64,000 nucleotides of DNA from the NCBI GenBank assembly GCA_002269645.1, contig NIVC01000909.1:328622-392621 (forward strand). Reading direction: 5' to 3'. The position numbers were made by a program, and so were the translations under genes. The stretch comes from Macrostomum lignano. Taxonomy: Eukaryota. This document shows, one piece after another, positions 1-13,588 of this stretch; position 1 is the stretch's first letter; every line of letters begins with the position of its first letter. The notes under the pieces were generated by a model, which was not told the origin of the DNA, did not search any database, and saw only the letters and a program-made list of their open reading frames with translations.

Positions 1-380
1 TCTCCCTTGCCTACCTTGCCTACCTCTCATTCTCCCTTGTCTACCTTGCCTACCTCTCATTCTCCCTTGTCTACCCGTCAGTCTACCTTGTCTACCTTGC
101 CTACCTCTCATTCTCCCTTGTCTACCTGTCAGTCTACCTTGTCTACCTCTCAGTCTCCCTTTGTCTACCTGTCAGTCTACCTTGTCTACCTCTCAGTCTC
201 CCTTGTCTACCTCTCAGTCTCCCTTGTCTACCTCTCAGTCTCCCTTGTCTACCTCTCAGTCTCCCTTGTCTACCTCTCAGTCTCCCTTGTCTATCTCTCA
301 GTCTCCCTTGTCTATCTCTCAGTCTCCCTTGTCTACCTCTCAGTCTCCCTTGCCTACCTCTCAGTCTCCCTTGCCTACCT
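1..380. repeat. 21-bp minisatellite (CTACCTCTCAGTCTCCCTTGT), runs off window edge
   Basis: Tandem units read directly; begins immediately after the Shark stop codon (minus strand). Confidence 0.95.
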
Positions 381-738
381 CTAAGCCAATCGTTTCACAA
401 TCCATTCAAAGCCCGGCCTCAGAGACGCCGCCTCGGCCATGCAACGCGCTACGACGTCCTTGATAACTACCACAGCTGCCGCGGGTTCAGGCAGTTCAAG
501 TCGATCTCCTCGGCGCAGACGGTTGAGAATGTCGCCAGGAGTGCCGGCGCCATGCCACGGCGTGGGCCGCCCAGCTGGACAGCGGCGACAGCAGTGCAGC
601 TCCCAGACGCAGACGCCGAAACTCCAAACGTCGGTGGACTCGGTTGAGGCTGTCGCAGGTTGAGGATCGGAGAGCGAGACGGCCAGTTCGAGTAGCTCAG
701 GCGGATACCAGCGGCCAACTTCTAGGGCAGTGTTGTGT
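381..738 (-). CDS. shark: Shark/HTK16-like gene, exon 5 (kinase C-lobe, stop TAG at 383-381)
   Basis: Acceptor ...ctgcccAG at 740-739, phase 2 matching exon 4; encodes KHNTALEVGRWYPPE...DVWSFGVCVWEL...C...RPGF (subdomains VIII-XI of a tyrosine-kinase fold). Confidence 0.88.
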
Positions 739-794
739 CTGGGCAGATCGAAATCCAATTGGGATTTGAAAGGGTTTCAAAGGGGGTTTGAAAA

Positions 795-3700
795 TGACGA
801 TCTGGGAAAGTTGAAATCCTCAAATGACGATCTGGGAAAGTTTAAATCCTCAAATGAGGATCTGGGAAAGTTGAAATCCTCAAATGACGATCTGGGACAG
901 TTTAAATCCTCAAATGAGGATCTGGGAAAGTTGAAATCCTCAAATGACGATCTGGGAAAGTTTAAATCCTCAAATGAGGATCTGGGATAGTTTAAATCCT
1001 CAAATGAGAATCTGGGAAAGTTGAAATCCTCAAATGACGATCTGGGAAAGTTGAAATCCTCAAATGAGGATCTGGGAAAGTTGAAATCCTCAAATGACGA
1101 TCTGGGAAAGTTTAAATCCTAAAATGAGGATCTGGGAAAGTTGAAATCCTCAAATGACGATCTGGGAAAGTTTAAATCCTCAAATGAGGATCTGTGATAG
1201 TTGAAATCCTCAAATGACGATCTGGGAAAGTTTAAATCCTCAAATGAGGATCTGGGATAGTTTAAATCCTCAAATGACGATCTGTGATAGTTTAATAGTT
1301 TAAATCCTCAAATGAGGATCTGGGATAGTTTAAATCCTCAAATGACAATCTGTGATAGTTTAATAGTTTAAATCCTCAAATGAGGATCTGGGATAGTTGA
1401 AATCCTCAAATGAGGATCTGTGATAGTTGAAATCCTCAAATGAGGATCTGTGATAGTTGAAATCCTCAAATGAGGATCTGGGATAGTTGAAATCCTCAAA
1501 TGAGGATCTGGGATAGTTGAAATCCTCAAATGAGGATCTGTGATAGTTGAAATCCTCAAATGAGGATCTGTGATAGTTTAAATCCGCAAACGAGGATCTG
1601 GGAGAGTTGAAATCCTCAAATGACGATCTGGGAAAATTTAAATCCTCAAATGAGGATCTGGGATAGTTGAAATCCTCAAATGAGGATCTGGGATAGTTTA
1701 AATCCTCAAATGACGATCTGTGATAGTTTAATAGTTTAAATCCTCAAATGAGGATCTGGGATAGTTGAAATCCTCAAATGAGGATCTGGGATAGTTGAAA
1801 TCCTCAAATGAGGATCTGGGATAGTTGAAATCCTCAAATGAGGATCTGTGATAGTTGAAATCCTCAAATGAAGATCTGTGATAGTTGAAATCCTCAAATG
1901 AGGATCTGGGATAGTTGAAATCTTCAAATGAGGATCTGGGATATTTGAAATCCTCAAATGAGGATCTGGGATAGTTGAAATCCTCAAATGAGGATCTGGG
2001 ATAGTTGAAATCTTCAAATGAGGATCTGGGAAAGTTGAAATCCTCAAATGAGGATCTGGGATAGTTGAAATCCTCAAATGAGGATCTGTGATATTTGAAA
2101 TCCTCAAATGAGGATCTGGGATAGTTGAAATCCTCAAATGAGGATCTGGGATAGTTGAAATCCTTAAATGAGGATCTGTGATATTTGAAATCCTCAAATG
2201 AGGATCTGGGATATTTGAAATCTTCAAATGAGGATCTGGGATAGTTTAAATCCTCAAATGAGGATCTGGGATAGTTGAAATCCTCAAACGAGGATCTGGG
2301 ATAGTTGAAATCCTCAAATGAGGATCTGTGATAGTTGAAATCCTCAAATGAGGATCTGGGATAGTTGAAATCCTCAAATGAGGATCTGGGATAGTTGAAA
2401 TCCTCAAACGAGGATCTGGGATAGTTGAAATCCTCAAATGAGGATCTGTGATAGTTGAAATCCTCAAATGAGGATCTGGGATAGTTGAAATCTTCAAATG
2501 AGGATCTGGGAAAGTTGAAATCCTCAAATGAGGATCTGGGATAGTTGAAATCCTCAAATGAGGATCTGGGATATTTGAAATCTTCAAATGAGGATCTGGG
2601 ATAGTTTAAATCCTCAAATGAGGATCTGGGATAGTTGAACTCCTCAAATGAGGATCTGTGATGTTTGAAATCCTCAAATGAGGATCTGGGATAGTTGAAA
2701 TCCTCAAATGAGGATCTGGGATAGTTGAAATCCTTAAATGAGGATCTGTGATATTTGAAATCCTCAAACGAGGATCTGGGATATTTTAAATCGTTAAATG
2801 AGGATCTGGGATAGTTGAAATCCTCAAATGACGATCTGGGAAAGTTTAAATCCTCAAATGAGGATCTGGGATAGTTTAAATCCTCAAATGACGATCTGTG
2901 ATAGTTTAATAGTTTAAATCCTCAAATGAGGATCTGGGATAGTTTAAATCCTCAAATGACGATCTGTGATAGTTTAATAGTTTAAATCCTCAAATGAGGA
3001 TCTGGGATAGTTGAAATCTTCAAATGAGGATCTGGGATAGTTTAAATCCTCAAATGAGGATCTGGGATAGTTGAAATCCTCAAACGAGGATCTGGGATAG
3101 TTGAAATCCTCAAATGAGGATCTGTGATAGTTGAAATCCTCAAATGAGGATCTGGGATAGTTGAAATCCTCAAATGAGGATCTGGGATAGTTGAAATCCT
3201 CAAACGAGGATCTGGGATAGTTGAAATCCTCAAATGAGGATCTGTGATAGTTTAAATCCTTAAATGAGGATCTGGGATAGTTGAAATCCTCAAATGAGGA
3301 TCTGGGATAGTTTAAATCCTCAAATGACGATCTGTGATAGTTTAATAGTTTAAATCCTCAAATGAGGATCTGGGATAGTTGAAATCCTCAAATGAGGATC
3401 TGGGATAGTTGAAATCCTCAAATGAGGATCTGGGATAGTTGAAATCCTCAAATGAGGATCTGTGATAGTTGAAATCCTCAAATGAGGATCTGGATAGTTG
3501 AAATCCTCAAATGAGGATCTGGGATAGTTGAAATCCTCAAATGAGGATCTGGGATATTTGAAATCCTCAAATGAGGATCTGGGATAGTTGAAATCCTCAA
3601 ATGAGGATCTGGGATAGTTGAAATCCTCAAATGAGGATCTGGGATAGTTGAAATCCTCAAATGAGGATCTGGGATAGTTGAAATCCTCAAATGAGGATCT

Positions 3701-6700
3701 GTGATAGTTGAAATCCTCAAATGAGGATCTGGATAGTTGAAATCCTCAAATGAGGATCTGGGATAGTTGAAATCCTCAAATGAGGATCTGGGATAGTTGA
3801 AATCCTCAAATGAGGATCTGGGATAGTTGAATCCTCAAATGAGGATCTGGGATATTTGAAATCCTCAAATGAGGATCTGGGATATTTGAAATCCTCAAAT
3901 GAGGATCTGGGATAGTTGAAATCCTCAAATGAGGATCTGGGATAGTTGAAATCCTCAAATGAGGATCTGGGATAGTTAAATCCTCAAATGAGGATCTGGA
4001 TAGTTGAAATCCTCAAATGAGGATCTGGATAGTTGAAATCCTCAAATGAGGATCTGTGATAGTTGAAATCCTCAAATGAGGATCTGTGATAGTTGAAATC
4101 CTCAAATGAGGATCTGTGATATTTGAAATCTTCAAATGAGGATCTGGGATATTTGAAATCCTCAAATGAGGATCTGGGATAGTTGAAATTCTCAAACGAG
4201 GATCTGGGATAGTTGAAATCCTCAAATGAGGATCTGGGATAGTTGAAATCCTCAAATGAGGATCTGGGATATTTGAAATCCTCAAATGAGGATCTGGGAT
4301 AGTTGAAATCCTCAAATGAGGATCTGGGATAGTTGAAATCCTCAAATGAGGATCTGGGATAGTTGAAATCCTCAAATGAGGATCTGGGATAGTTGAAATC
4401 CTCAAATGAGGATCTGGGATAGTTGAAATCCTCAAATGAGGATCTGGGATAGTTGAAATCCTCAAATGAGGATCTGGGATAGTTGAAATCCTCAAATGAG
4501 GATCTGGGATAGTTGAAATCCTCAAATGAGGATCTGGGATAGTTGAAATCCTCAAATGAGGATCTGGGATAGTTGAAATCTCAAATGAGGATCTGGGATA
4601 GTTGAAATCCTCAAATGAGGATCTGGGATAGTTGAAATCCTCAAATGAGGATCTGGGATATTTGAAATCCTCAAATGAGGATCTGGGATAGTTGAAATCC
4701 TCAAATGAGGATCTGTGATAGTTGAAATCCTCAAATGAGGATCTGGATAGTTTGAAATCCTCAAATGAGGATCTGGGATAGTTGAAATCCTCAAATGAGG
4801 ATCTGGGATAGTTGAAATCCTCAAATGAGGATCTGGATATTTGAAATCCTCAAATGAGGATCTGGGATATTTAAATCCTCAAATGAGGATCTGGGATAGT
4901 TTAAATCCTCAAATGAGGATCTGGGATAGTTGAAATCCTCAAATGAGGATCTGGATAGTTGAAATCCTCAAATGAGGATCTGGATAGTTGAAATCCTCAA
5001 ATGAGGATCTGGGATAGTTGAAATCCTCAAATGAGGATCTGGGATAGTTGAAATCCTCAAATGAGGATCTGGGATAGTTGAAATCCTCAAATGAGGATCT
5101 GTGATAGTTTGAAATCCTCAAATGAGGATCTGTGATATTTGAAATCCTCAAATGAGGATCTGGATAGTTGAAATCCTCAAATGAGGATCTGGGATAGTTG
5201 AAATCCTCAAATGAGGATCTGGGATAGTTGAAATCCTCAAATGAGGATCTGGATAGTTGAAATCCTCAAATGAGGATCTGTGATATTTGAAATCCTCAAA
5301 TGAGGATCTGGGATATTTGAAATCCTCAAATGAGGATCTGGGATAGTTGAAATCCTCAAATGAGGATCTGGGATAGTTGAATCCTCAAATGAGGATCTGG
5401 GATATTTGAAATCCTCAAATGAGGATCTGGGATAGTTGAAATCCTCAAATGAGGATCTGGGATAGTTGAAATCCTCAAATGAGGATCTGGGATAGTTGAA
5501 ATCCTCAAATGAGGATCTGGGATAGTTGAAATCCTCAAATGAGGATCTGGGATAGTTGAAATCCTCAAATGAGGATCTGGGATAGTTGAAATCCTCAAAT
5601 GAGGATCTGGGATAGTTGAAATCCTCAAATGAGGATCTGTGATAGTTGAAATCCTCAAATGAGGATCTGGATATTTGAAATCCTCAAATGAGGATCTGGG
5701 ATAGTTGAAATCCTCAAATGAGGATCTGGGATAGTTGAAATCCTCAAATGAGGATCTGGGATAGTTGAAATCCTCAAATGAGGATCTGGGATATTTGAAA
5801 TCCTCAAATGAGGATCTGGGATAGTTTGAAATCCTCAAATGAGGATCTGGATATTTGAAATCCTCAAATGAGGATCTGGGATATTTGAAATCCTCAAATG
5901 AGGATCTGGGATAGTTGAAATCCTCAAATGAGGATCTGGGATAGTTGAAATCCTCAAATGAGGATCTGGGATAGTTGAAATCCTCAAATGAGGATCTGGG
6001 ATATTTGAAATCCTCAAATGAGGATCTGGGATAGTTGAAATCCTCAAATGAGGATCTGGGATAGTTGAAATCCTCAAATGAGGATCTGGGATAGTTGAAA
6101 TCCTCAAATGAGGATCTGGGATAGTTGAAATCCTCAAATGAGGATCTGGGATAGTTGAAATCCTCAAATGAGGATCTGGGATATTTGAAATCCTCAAATG
6201 AGGATCTGGGATAGTTTGAAATCCTCAAATGAGGATCTGGGATAGTTGAAATCCTCAAATGAGGATCTGTGATAGTTTGAAATCCTCAAATGAGGATCTG
6301 GGATAGTTGAAATCCTCAAATGAGGATCTGGGATAGTTGAAATCCTCAAATGAGGATCTGGGATATTTGAAATCCTCAAATGAGGATCTGGGATATTTGA
6401 AATCCTCAAATGAGGATCTGGGATAGTTTAAATCCTCAAATGAGGATCTGGGATAGTTGAAATCCTCAAATGAGGATCTGGGATAGTTGAAATCCTCAAA
6501 TGAGGATCTGGATAGTTGAAATCCTCAAATGAGGATCTGGGATAGTTGAAATCCTCAAATGAGGATCTGGGATAGTTGAAATCCTCAAATGAGGATCTGG
6601 GATAGTTGAAATCCTCAAATGAGGATCTGGATAGTTGAAATCCTCAAATGAGGATCTGTGATATTTGAAATCCTCAAATGAGGATCTGGGATAGTTTAAA

Positions 6701-9700
6701 TCCTCAAATGAGGATCTGGGATATTTGAAATCTTCAAATGAGGATCTGGGATAGTTGAAATCCTCAAATGAGGATCTGGGATATTTGAAATCCTCAAATG
6801 AGGATCTGGGATAGTTGAAATCCTCAAATGAGGATCTGGGATATTTGAAATCCTCAAATGAGGATCTGGGATATTTGAAATCCTCAAATGAGGATCTGGG
6901 ATAGTTGAAATCCTCAAATGAGGATCTGGGATATTTGAAATCCTCAAATGAGGATCTGGGATATTTGAAATCCTCAAATGAGGATCTGGGATAGTTTGAA
7001 ATCCTCAAATGAGGATCTGGGATAGTTGAAATCCTCAAATGAGGATCTGGGATAGTTGAAATCCTCAAATGAGGATCTGGGATATTTGAAATCCTCAAAT
7101 GAGGATCTGGGATAGTTGAAATCCTCAAATGAGGATCTGGGATAGTTGAAATCCTCAAATGAGGATCTGGGATAGTTGAAATCCTCAAATGAGGATCTGG
7201 GATAGTTGAAATCCTCAAATGAGGATCTGGGATAGTTGAAATCCTCAAATGAGGATCTGGGATAGTTGAAATCCTCAAATGAGGATCTGGGATAGTTGAA
7301 ATCCTCAAATGAGGATCTGGGATATTTGAAATCCTCAAATGAGGATCTGGGATAGTTGAAATCCTCAAATGAGGATCTGGGATAGTTGAAATCCTCAAAT
7401 GAGGATCTGGGATAGTTGAAATCCTCAAATGAGGATCTGGGATATTTGAAATCCTCAAATGAGGATCTGGGATAGTTGAAATCCTCAAATGAGGATCTGG
7501 GATAGTTGAAATCCTCAAATGAGGATCTGGGATAGTTGAAATCCTCAAATGAGGATCTGGGATAGTTGAAATCCTCAAATGAGGATCTGGGATATTTGAA
7601 ATCCTCAAATGAGGATCTGGGATATTTGAAATCCTCAAATGAGGATCTGGGATAGTTGAAATCCTCAAATGAGGATCTGGGATAGTTGAAATCCTCAAAT
7701 GAGGATCTGGGATAGTTGAAATCCTCAAATGAGGATCTGGGATAGTTGAAATCCTCAAATGAGGATCTGGGATAGTTTAAATCCTCAAATGAGGATCTGG
7801 GATAGTTGAAATCCTCAAATGAGGATCTGGGATATTTGAAATCCTCAAATGAGGATCTGGGATAGTTGAAATCCTCAAATGAGGATCTGGGATAGTTGAA
7901 ATCCTCAAATGAGGATCTGGGATAGTTGAAATCCTCAAATGAGGATCTGGGATAGTTGAAATCTCAAATGAGGATCTGGGATAGTTGAAATCTCAAATGA
8001 GGATCTGGGATAGTTGAAATCCTCAAATGAGGATCTGGGATATTTGAAATCCTCAAATGAGGATCTGGGATAGTTGAAATCCTCAAATGAGGATCTGGGA
8101 TAGTTGAAATCCTCAAATGAGGATCTGGATAGTTGAAATCCTCAAATGAGGATCTGGGATAGTTGAAATCCTCAAATGAGGATCTGGGATAGTTTAAATC
8201 CTCAAATGAGGATCTGGGATAGTTGAAATCCTCAAATGAGGATCTGGGATATTTGAAATCCTCAAATGAGGATCTGGGATAGTTGAATCCTCAAATGAGG
8301 ATCTGGGATAGTTGAAATCCTCAAATGAGGATCTGGATATTTGAAATCCTCAAATGAGGATCTGGGATAGTTGAAATCCTCAAATGAGGATCTGGGATAT
8401 TTGAAATCCTCAAATGAGGATCTGGGATAGTTGAAATCCTCAAATGAGGATCTGGGATAGTTTAAATCCTCAAATGAGGATCTGGGATAGTTTAAATCCT
8501 CAAATGAGGATCTGGGATAGTTGAAATCCTCAAATGAGGATCTGTGATAGTTGAAATCCTCAAATGAGGATCTGTGATAGTTTTAGAAATCCTCAAATGA
8601 GGATCTGGGATAGTTTAAATCCTCAAATGAGGATCTGGGATAGTTGAAATCCTCAAATGAGGATCTGGGATAGTTGAAATCCTCAAATGAGGATCTGGAT
8701 AGTTGAAATCCTCAAATGAGGATCTGTGATAGTTGAAATCCTCAAATGAGGATCTGGGATAGTTGAAATCTTCAAATGAGGATCTGGGATATTTGAAATC
8801 CTCAAATGAGGATCTGGGATAGTTGAAATCCTCAAATGAGGATCTGGGATAGTTGAAATCTTCAAATGAGGATCTGGGAAAGTTGAAATCCTCAAATGAG
8901 GATCTGGGATAGTTGAAATCCTCAAATGAGGATCTGGGATATTTGAAATCTTCAAATGAGGATCTGGGATAGTTTAAATCCTCAAATGAGGATCTGGGAT
9001 AGTTGAAATCCTCAAATGAGGATCTGGGATATTTGAAATCTTCAAATGAGGATCTGGGATAGTTTAAATCCTCAAATGAGGATCTGTGATAGTTGAAATC
9101 CTCAAATGAGGATCTGTGATATTTGAAATCCTCAAATGAGGATCTGGGATAGTTGAAATCCTCAAATGAGGATCTGGGATAGTTGAAATCCTCAAATGAG
9201 GATCTGTGATATTTGAAATCCTCAAATGAGGATCTGGGATATTTGAAATCCTCAAATGAGGATCTGGGATAGTTGAAATCCTCAAATGAGGATCTGGGAT
9301 AGTTGAAATCCTCAAATGAGGATCTGGGATATTTGAAATCCTCAAATGAGGATCTAGGAAAGTTGAAATCCTCAAATGAGGATCTGGGATAGTTGAAATC
9401 CTCAAATGAGGATCTGGGATAGTTGAAATCCTCAAATGAGGATCTGGGATATTTGAAATCCTCAAATGAGGATCTGGGATAGTTGAAATCCTCAAATGAG
9501 GATCTGGGATAGTTGAAATCCTCAAATGAGGATCTGTGATATTTGAAATCCTCAAATGAGGATCTGGGATAGTTGAAATCCTCAAATGAGGATCTGGGAT
9601 ATTTGAAATCCTCAAATGAGGATCTGGGATAGTTGAATCTCAAATGAGGATCTGGGATAGTTGAAATCCTCAAATGAGGATCTGGGATAGTTGAAATCCT

Positions 9701-11430
9701 CAAATGAGGATCTGGGATATTTGAAATCCTCAAATGAGGATCTGGGATAGTTGAAATCCTAAATGAGGATCTGTGATATTTGAAATCCTCAAATGAGGAT
9801 CTGGGATAGTTGAAATCCTCAAATGAGGATCTGGGATAGTTGAAATCCTCAAATGAGGATCTGGGATATTTGAAATCCTCAAACGAGGATCTGGGATAGT
9901 TGAAATCCTCAAATGAGGATCTGGGATAGTTTAAATCCTCAAATGAGGATCTGGGATAGTTTAAATCCTCAAATGAGGATCTGGGATATTTGAAATCCTC
10001 AAATGAGGATCTGGGATAGTTGAACTCCTCAAATGAGGATCTGGGATAGTTGAAATCCTCAAATGAGGATCTGTGATATTTGAAATCCTCAAATGAGGAT
10101 CTGGGATATTTGAAATCCTCAAATGAGGATCTGGGATAGTTGAAATCCTCAAATGAGGATCTGGGATAGTTGAAATCCTCAAATGAGGATCTGGGATATT
10201 TGAAATCCTCAAATGAGGATCTAGGAAAGTTGAAATCCTCAAATGAGGATCTGGGATAGTTGAAATCCTCAAATGAGGATCTGGGATAGTTGAAATCCTC
10301 AAATGAGGATCTGGGATATTTGAAATCCTCAAATGAGGATCTGGGATAGTTGAACTCCTCAAATGAGGATCTGGGATAGTTGAAATCCTCAAATGAGGAT
10401 CTGTGATATTTGAAATCCTCAAATGAGGATCTGGGATAGTTGAAATCCTCAAATGAGGATCTGGGATATTTGAAATCCTCAAATGAGGATCTGGGATAGT
10501 TGAACTCTTCAAATGAGGATCTGGGATAGTTGAAATCCTCAAATGAGGATCTGGGATAGTTGAAATCCTCAAATGAGGATCTGGGATATTTGAAATCCTC
10601 AAATGAGGATCTGGGATAGTTGAAATCCTTAAATGAGGATCTGTGATATTTGAAATCCTCAAATGAGGATCTGGGATAGTTGAAATCCTCAAATGAGGAT
10701 CTGGGATAGTTGAAATCCTCAAATGAGGATCTGGGATATTTGAAATCCTCAAACGAGGATCTGGGATAGTTGAAATCCTCAAATGAGGATCTGGGATAGT
10801 TTAAATCCTCAAATGAGGATCTGGGATAGTTTAAATCCTCAAATGAGGATCTGGGATATTTGAAATCCTCAAATGAGGATCTGGGATAGTTGAACTCCTC
10901 AAATGAGGATCTGGGATAGTTGAAATCCTCAAATGAGGATCTGTGATATTTGAAATCCTCAAATGAGGATCTGGGATAGTTGAAATCCTCAAATGAGGAT
11001 CTGGGATAGTTGAAATCCTCAAATGAGGATCTGGGATAGTTGAAATCCTCAAATGAGGATCTGGGATAGTTGAAATCCTCAAATGAGGATCTGGGATAGT
11101 TGAAATCCTCAAATGAGGATCTGGGATAGTTGAACTCCTCAAATGAGGATCTGGGATATTTGAAATCCTCAAATGAGGATCTGGGATAGTTGAAATCCTC
11201 AAATGAGGATCTGGGATAGTTGAAATCCTCAAATGAGGATCTGGGATAGTTGAAATCCTCAAATGAGGGTCTGGGATAGTTGAACTCCTCAAATGAGGAT
11301 CTGGGATAGTTTAAATCCTCAAATGAGGATCTGGGATAGTTGAAATCCTCAAATGAGGATCTGTGATAGTTGAAATCCTCAAATGAGGATCTGGGATAGT
11401 TGAACTCCTCAAATGAGGGTCTGGGATGTT
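795..11430. repeat. 30-bp minisatellite (AAATCCTCAAATGAGGATCTGGGATAGTTG), about 350 copies, filling Shark intron 4
   Basis: Directly visible; variant units (GACGA, GGAAAG, TGTGAT, ATATTT, TTTAAAT, GAACTCC); degenerates into unique sequence near both splice sites. Confidence 0.98.
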
Positions 11431-11504
11431 TGAAATCTTTAAGTTAGGATCTGAAACAATGAAAAAACTCAAATCAGAAACCTGGGAAGAATCTATTCAC
11501 TCAC

Positions 11505-12183
11505 TTATCAAATCCAGTAGTCATCAAATCAGTCAATCCAAAGTCGGACACTTTAGCGACCAGTTTGTCAGCGCCGGAGTCGCTCCCAGTACCGACAGTC
11601 AATAAAATATTCCTCGCACTCAGTCGACCATGCCGACAGCCTTTGGAGGCCAGATAGGCCATGCCTTGAGCAGCTTGAGCACACCAGCGTCTCAAATCTA
11701 GCGGCCTAGATTCTGGCGACTGTCTGATTGCATAGTCTATGGCCGAACCCGCGGAGCAGAGCTCATTGAGTATCATGAGTTTATTATTAGCCGATTCAAG
11801 ACAGATGCCAACAAAGCCAACTAGACTCTTGTGTGACAACTGAGACAGTTTCACATCGGCTAGAGATTTTAGCGCTTTCGATGAGTCGTTAAATGAACGG
11901 ACATTGGGCGTTAGAACTTTAATGGCAACATTTGCTGTTGAATTTGATGCCCTACTGCTGCTATTACTAGTAGTAGTAGTTGAAGATAACAAACGACCGT
12001 TGAACATATCAATTTCCGCTGCTGTGTTGCCACTAATTCTTGACAATAGCAGCACTTGGCTTAGTGGGATTAATCCCAGCTGCTGGTGGTGAGAGCTTGG
12101 CCGAACTGAACTTGGCGGAATGGGGCGCTGAAGCCGGCAGGGAATTCCGTCAGGGATGCGAGTCAAATAGTCGATTAGGTGAC
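11505..12183 (-). CDS. shark: Shark/HTK16-like gene, exon 4 (end of second SH2, kinase N-lobe to DFG)
   Basis: Acceptor accgcAG (12185-12184), phase 1, gives RHPSLG|[17 protein letters not shown]; contains [15 protein letters not shown]; donor AA|GTGAGT at 11504. Confidence 0.9.
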
Positions 12184-12235
12184 CTGCGGTTGACGCGATG
12201 AGAGGGGCCATTTGTTTGGATTGTTTTGAAGGCCG

Positions 12236-12690
12236 ATTCTGCAAGGGCGATTCTGCAGGAGCGATTCTGCAGGGGCGATTCTGCAGGGGCGATTCTACAG
12301 GGGCGATTCTGCAGGGGCGATTCTGAAGGGGCGATTCTGAAGGGGTGATTCTGAAGGGCGATTTTGCAGGGGCGATTCTGAAGGGGTGATTCTGAAGGGC
12401 GATTCTGCAGGGGCGATTCTGAAGGGGCGATTCTGCAGGGGCGATTCTGAAGGGGCGATTCTGCAGGGGCGATTCTGAAGGGCGATTCTACAGGGGCGAT
12501 TCTGAAGGGCGATTCTACAGGGGCGATTCTGAAGGGCGATTCTACAGGGGCGATTCTGAAGGGGCGATTCTGCAGGGGCGATTCTGCAGGGGCGATTCTT
12601 AAGTGGGGCGATTCTTAATTGGGGCGATTCTTAAGTGGAGCGATTCTTAAGTGGGGCGATTCTGCAGGGCTTATTTTGAAAGGCGATTTT
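12236..12690. repeat. 13-14-bp minisatellite (GGGGCGATTCTGCA/GAA) in Shark intron 3
   Basis: Direct tandem units. Confidence 0.95.
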
Positions 12691-12758
12691 TAAATAGGGC
12701 GATAATATTGAGAGCGAAGCACCGACTCTTATGCCAATGAGCTTGCAGACTTTCTCAC

Positions 12759-13179
12759 CCAGACTCGGATGCCTTGGCCCGCCGCCAATGTACCAAGCGT
12801 CCCGTTTTCTTCGCAATCTTCGACCAGTAGGCAAACCGACAGTTGCAGCAGCAGTAGTAGACACCGGATAGGCGCCAGCATCGCAGTCTATCGCGTATTT
12901 ATACACTGAACCGGAGCTGGCTAAGCAGAGTACAAATCGTTTCTGATGCCTGGACATTAGATTTGTAGGCAAGCTTCGATGGCTAGCGGCAATCGTGCCT
13001 GAAGAGGCGCCGCTATCGTCGAAATCATCGGCCGCGCTGGTTGTGGAGGTCGACAAGCGAACTAGAAAGTCACCGTCTAGCGGCGGGTTGCTCAGCGACC
13101 TCATGGCCGCGTCAGTGTCCGCACGGCTGAGGCTGGGGTGGTACCACACTGCGGTGGACAGCTGGCGCTGCAGGTGCGA
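12759..13179 (-). CDS. shark: Shark/HTK16-like gene, exon 3 (second SH2 domain)
   Basis: Acceptor gtcctcAG (13181-13180), phase 0; WYHPSLSR...GDFLVRLS SH2 motifs; donor G|GTGAGA at 12758. Confidence 0.88.
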
Positions 13180-13220
13180 CTGAGGACAGTGAGGAGGTTT
13201 TGGGGGGATTGGAGTTTTAT

Positions 13221-13288
<68 letters not shown>

Positions 13289-13583
13289 GGCAGACAGAGG
13301 CAGACAGACAGACAGGCAGACAGACAGACAGACAGACAGACAGGCAGACAGACAGACAGGCAGACAGGCAGACAGACAGACAGGCAGACAGGCAGACAGA
13401 CAGACAGGCAGACAGACAGACAGGCAGACAGGCAGACAGGCAGACAGGCAGGCAGACAGACAGGCAGACAGGCAGACAGGCAGGCAGACAGACAGGCAGA
13501 CAGGCAGACAGGCAGACAGACAGACAGACAGACAGACAGGCAGACAGGCAGACAGGCAGGCAGACAGACAGGCAGACAGACAG
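13221..13583. repeat. (GACA)n/(GGCAGACA)n microsatellite in Shark intron 2
   Basis: Direct; occupies nearly the whole 409-bp intron. Confidence 0.97.
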
Positions 13584-13588
13584 CTCAC

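Noticed and set aside
730-11292. Dozens of ORFs (RISTIPDPHL)n, (PRSSFEDFNY)n in the 30-bp array
   Set aside because: Artefacts of a stop-free repeat unit inside a phase-consistent intron; frames switch at single-base indels.
795-11430. CRISPR-like appearance (30-bp palindromic repeats)
   Set aside because: No unique spacers, no cas genes, eukaryotic intron context.
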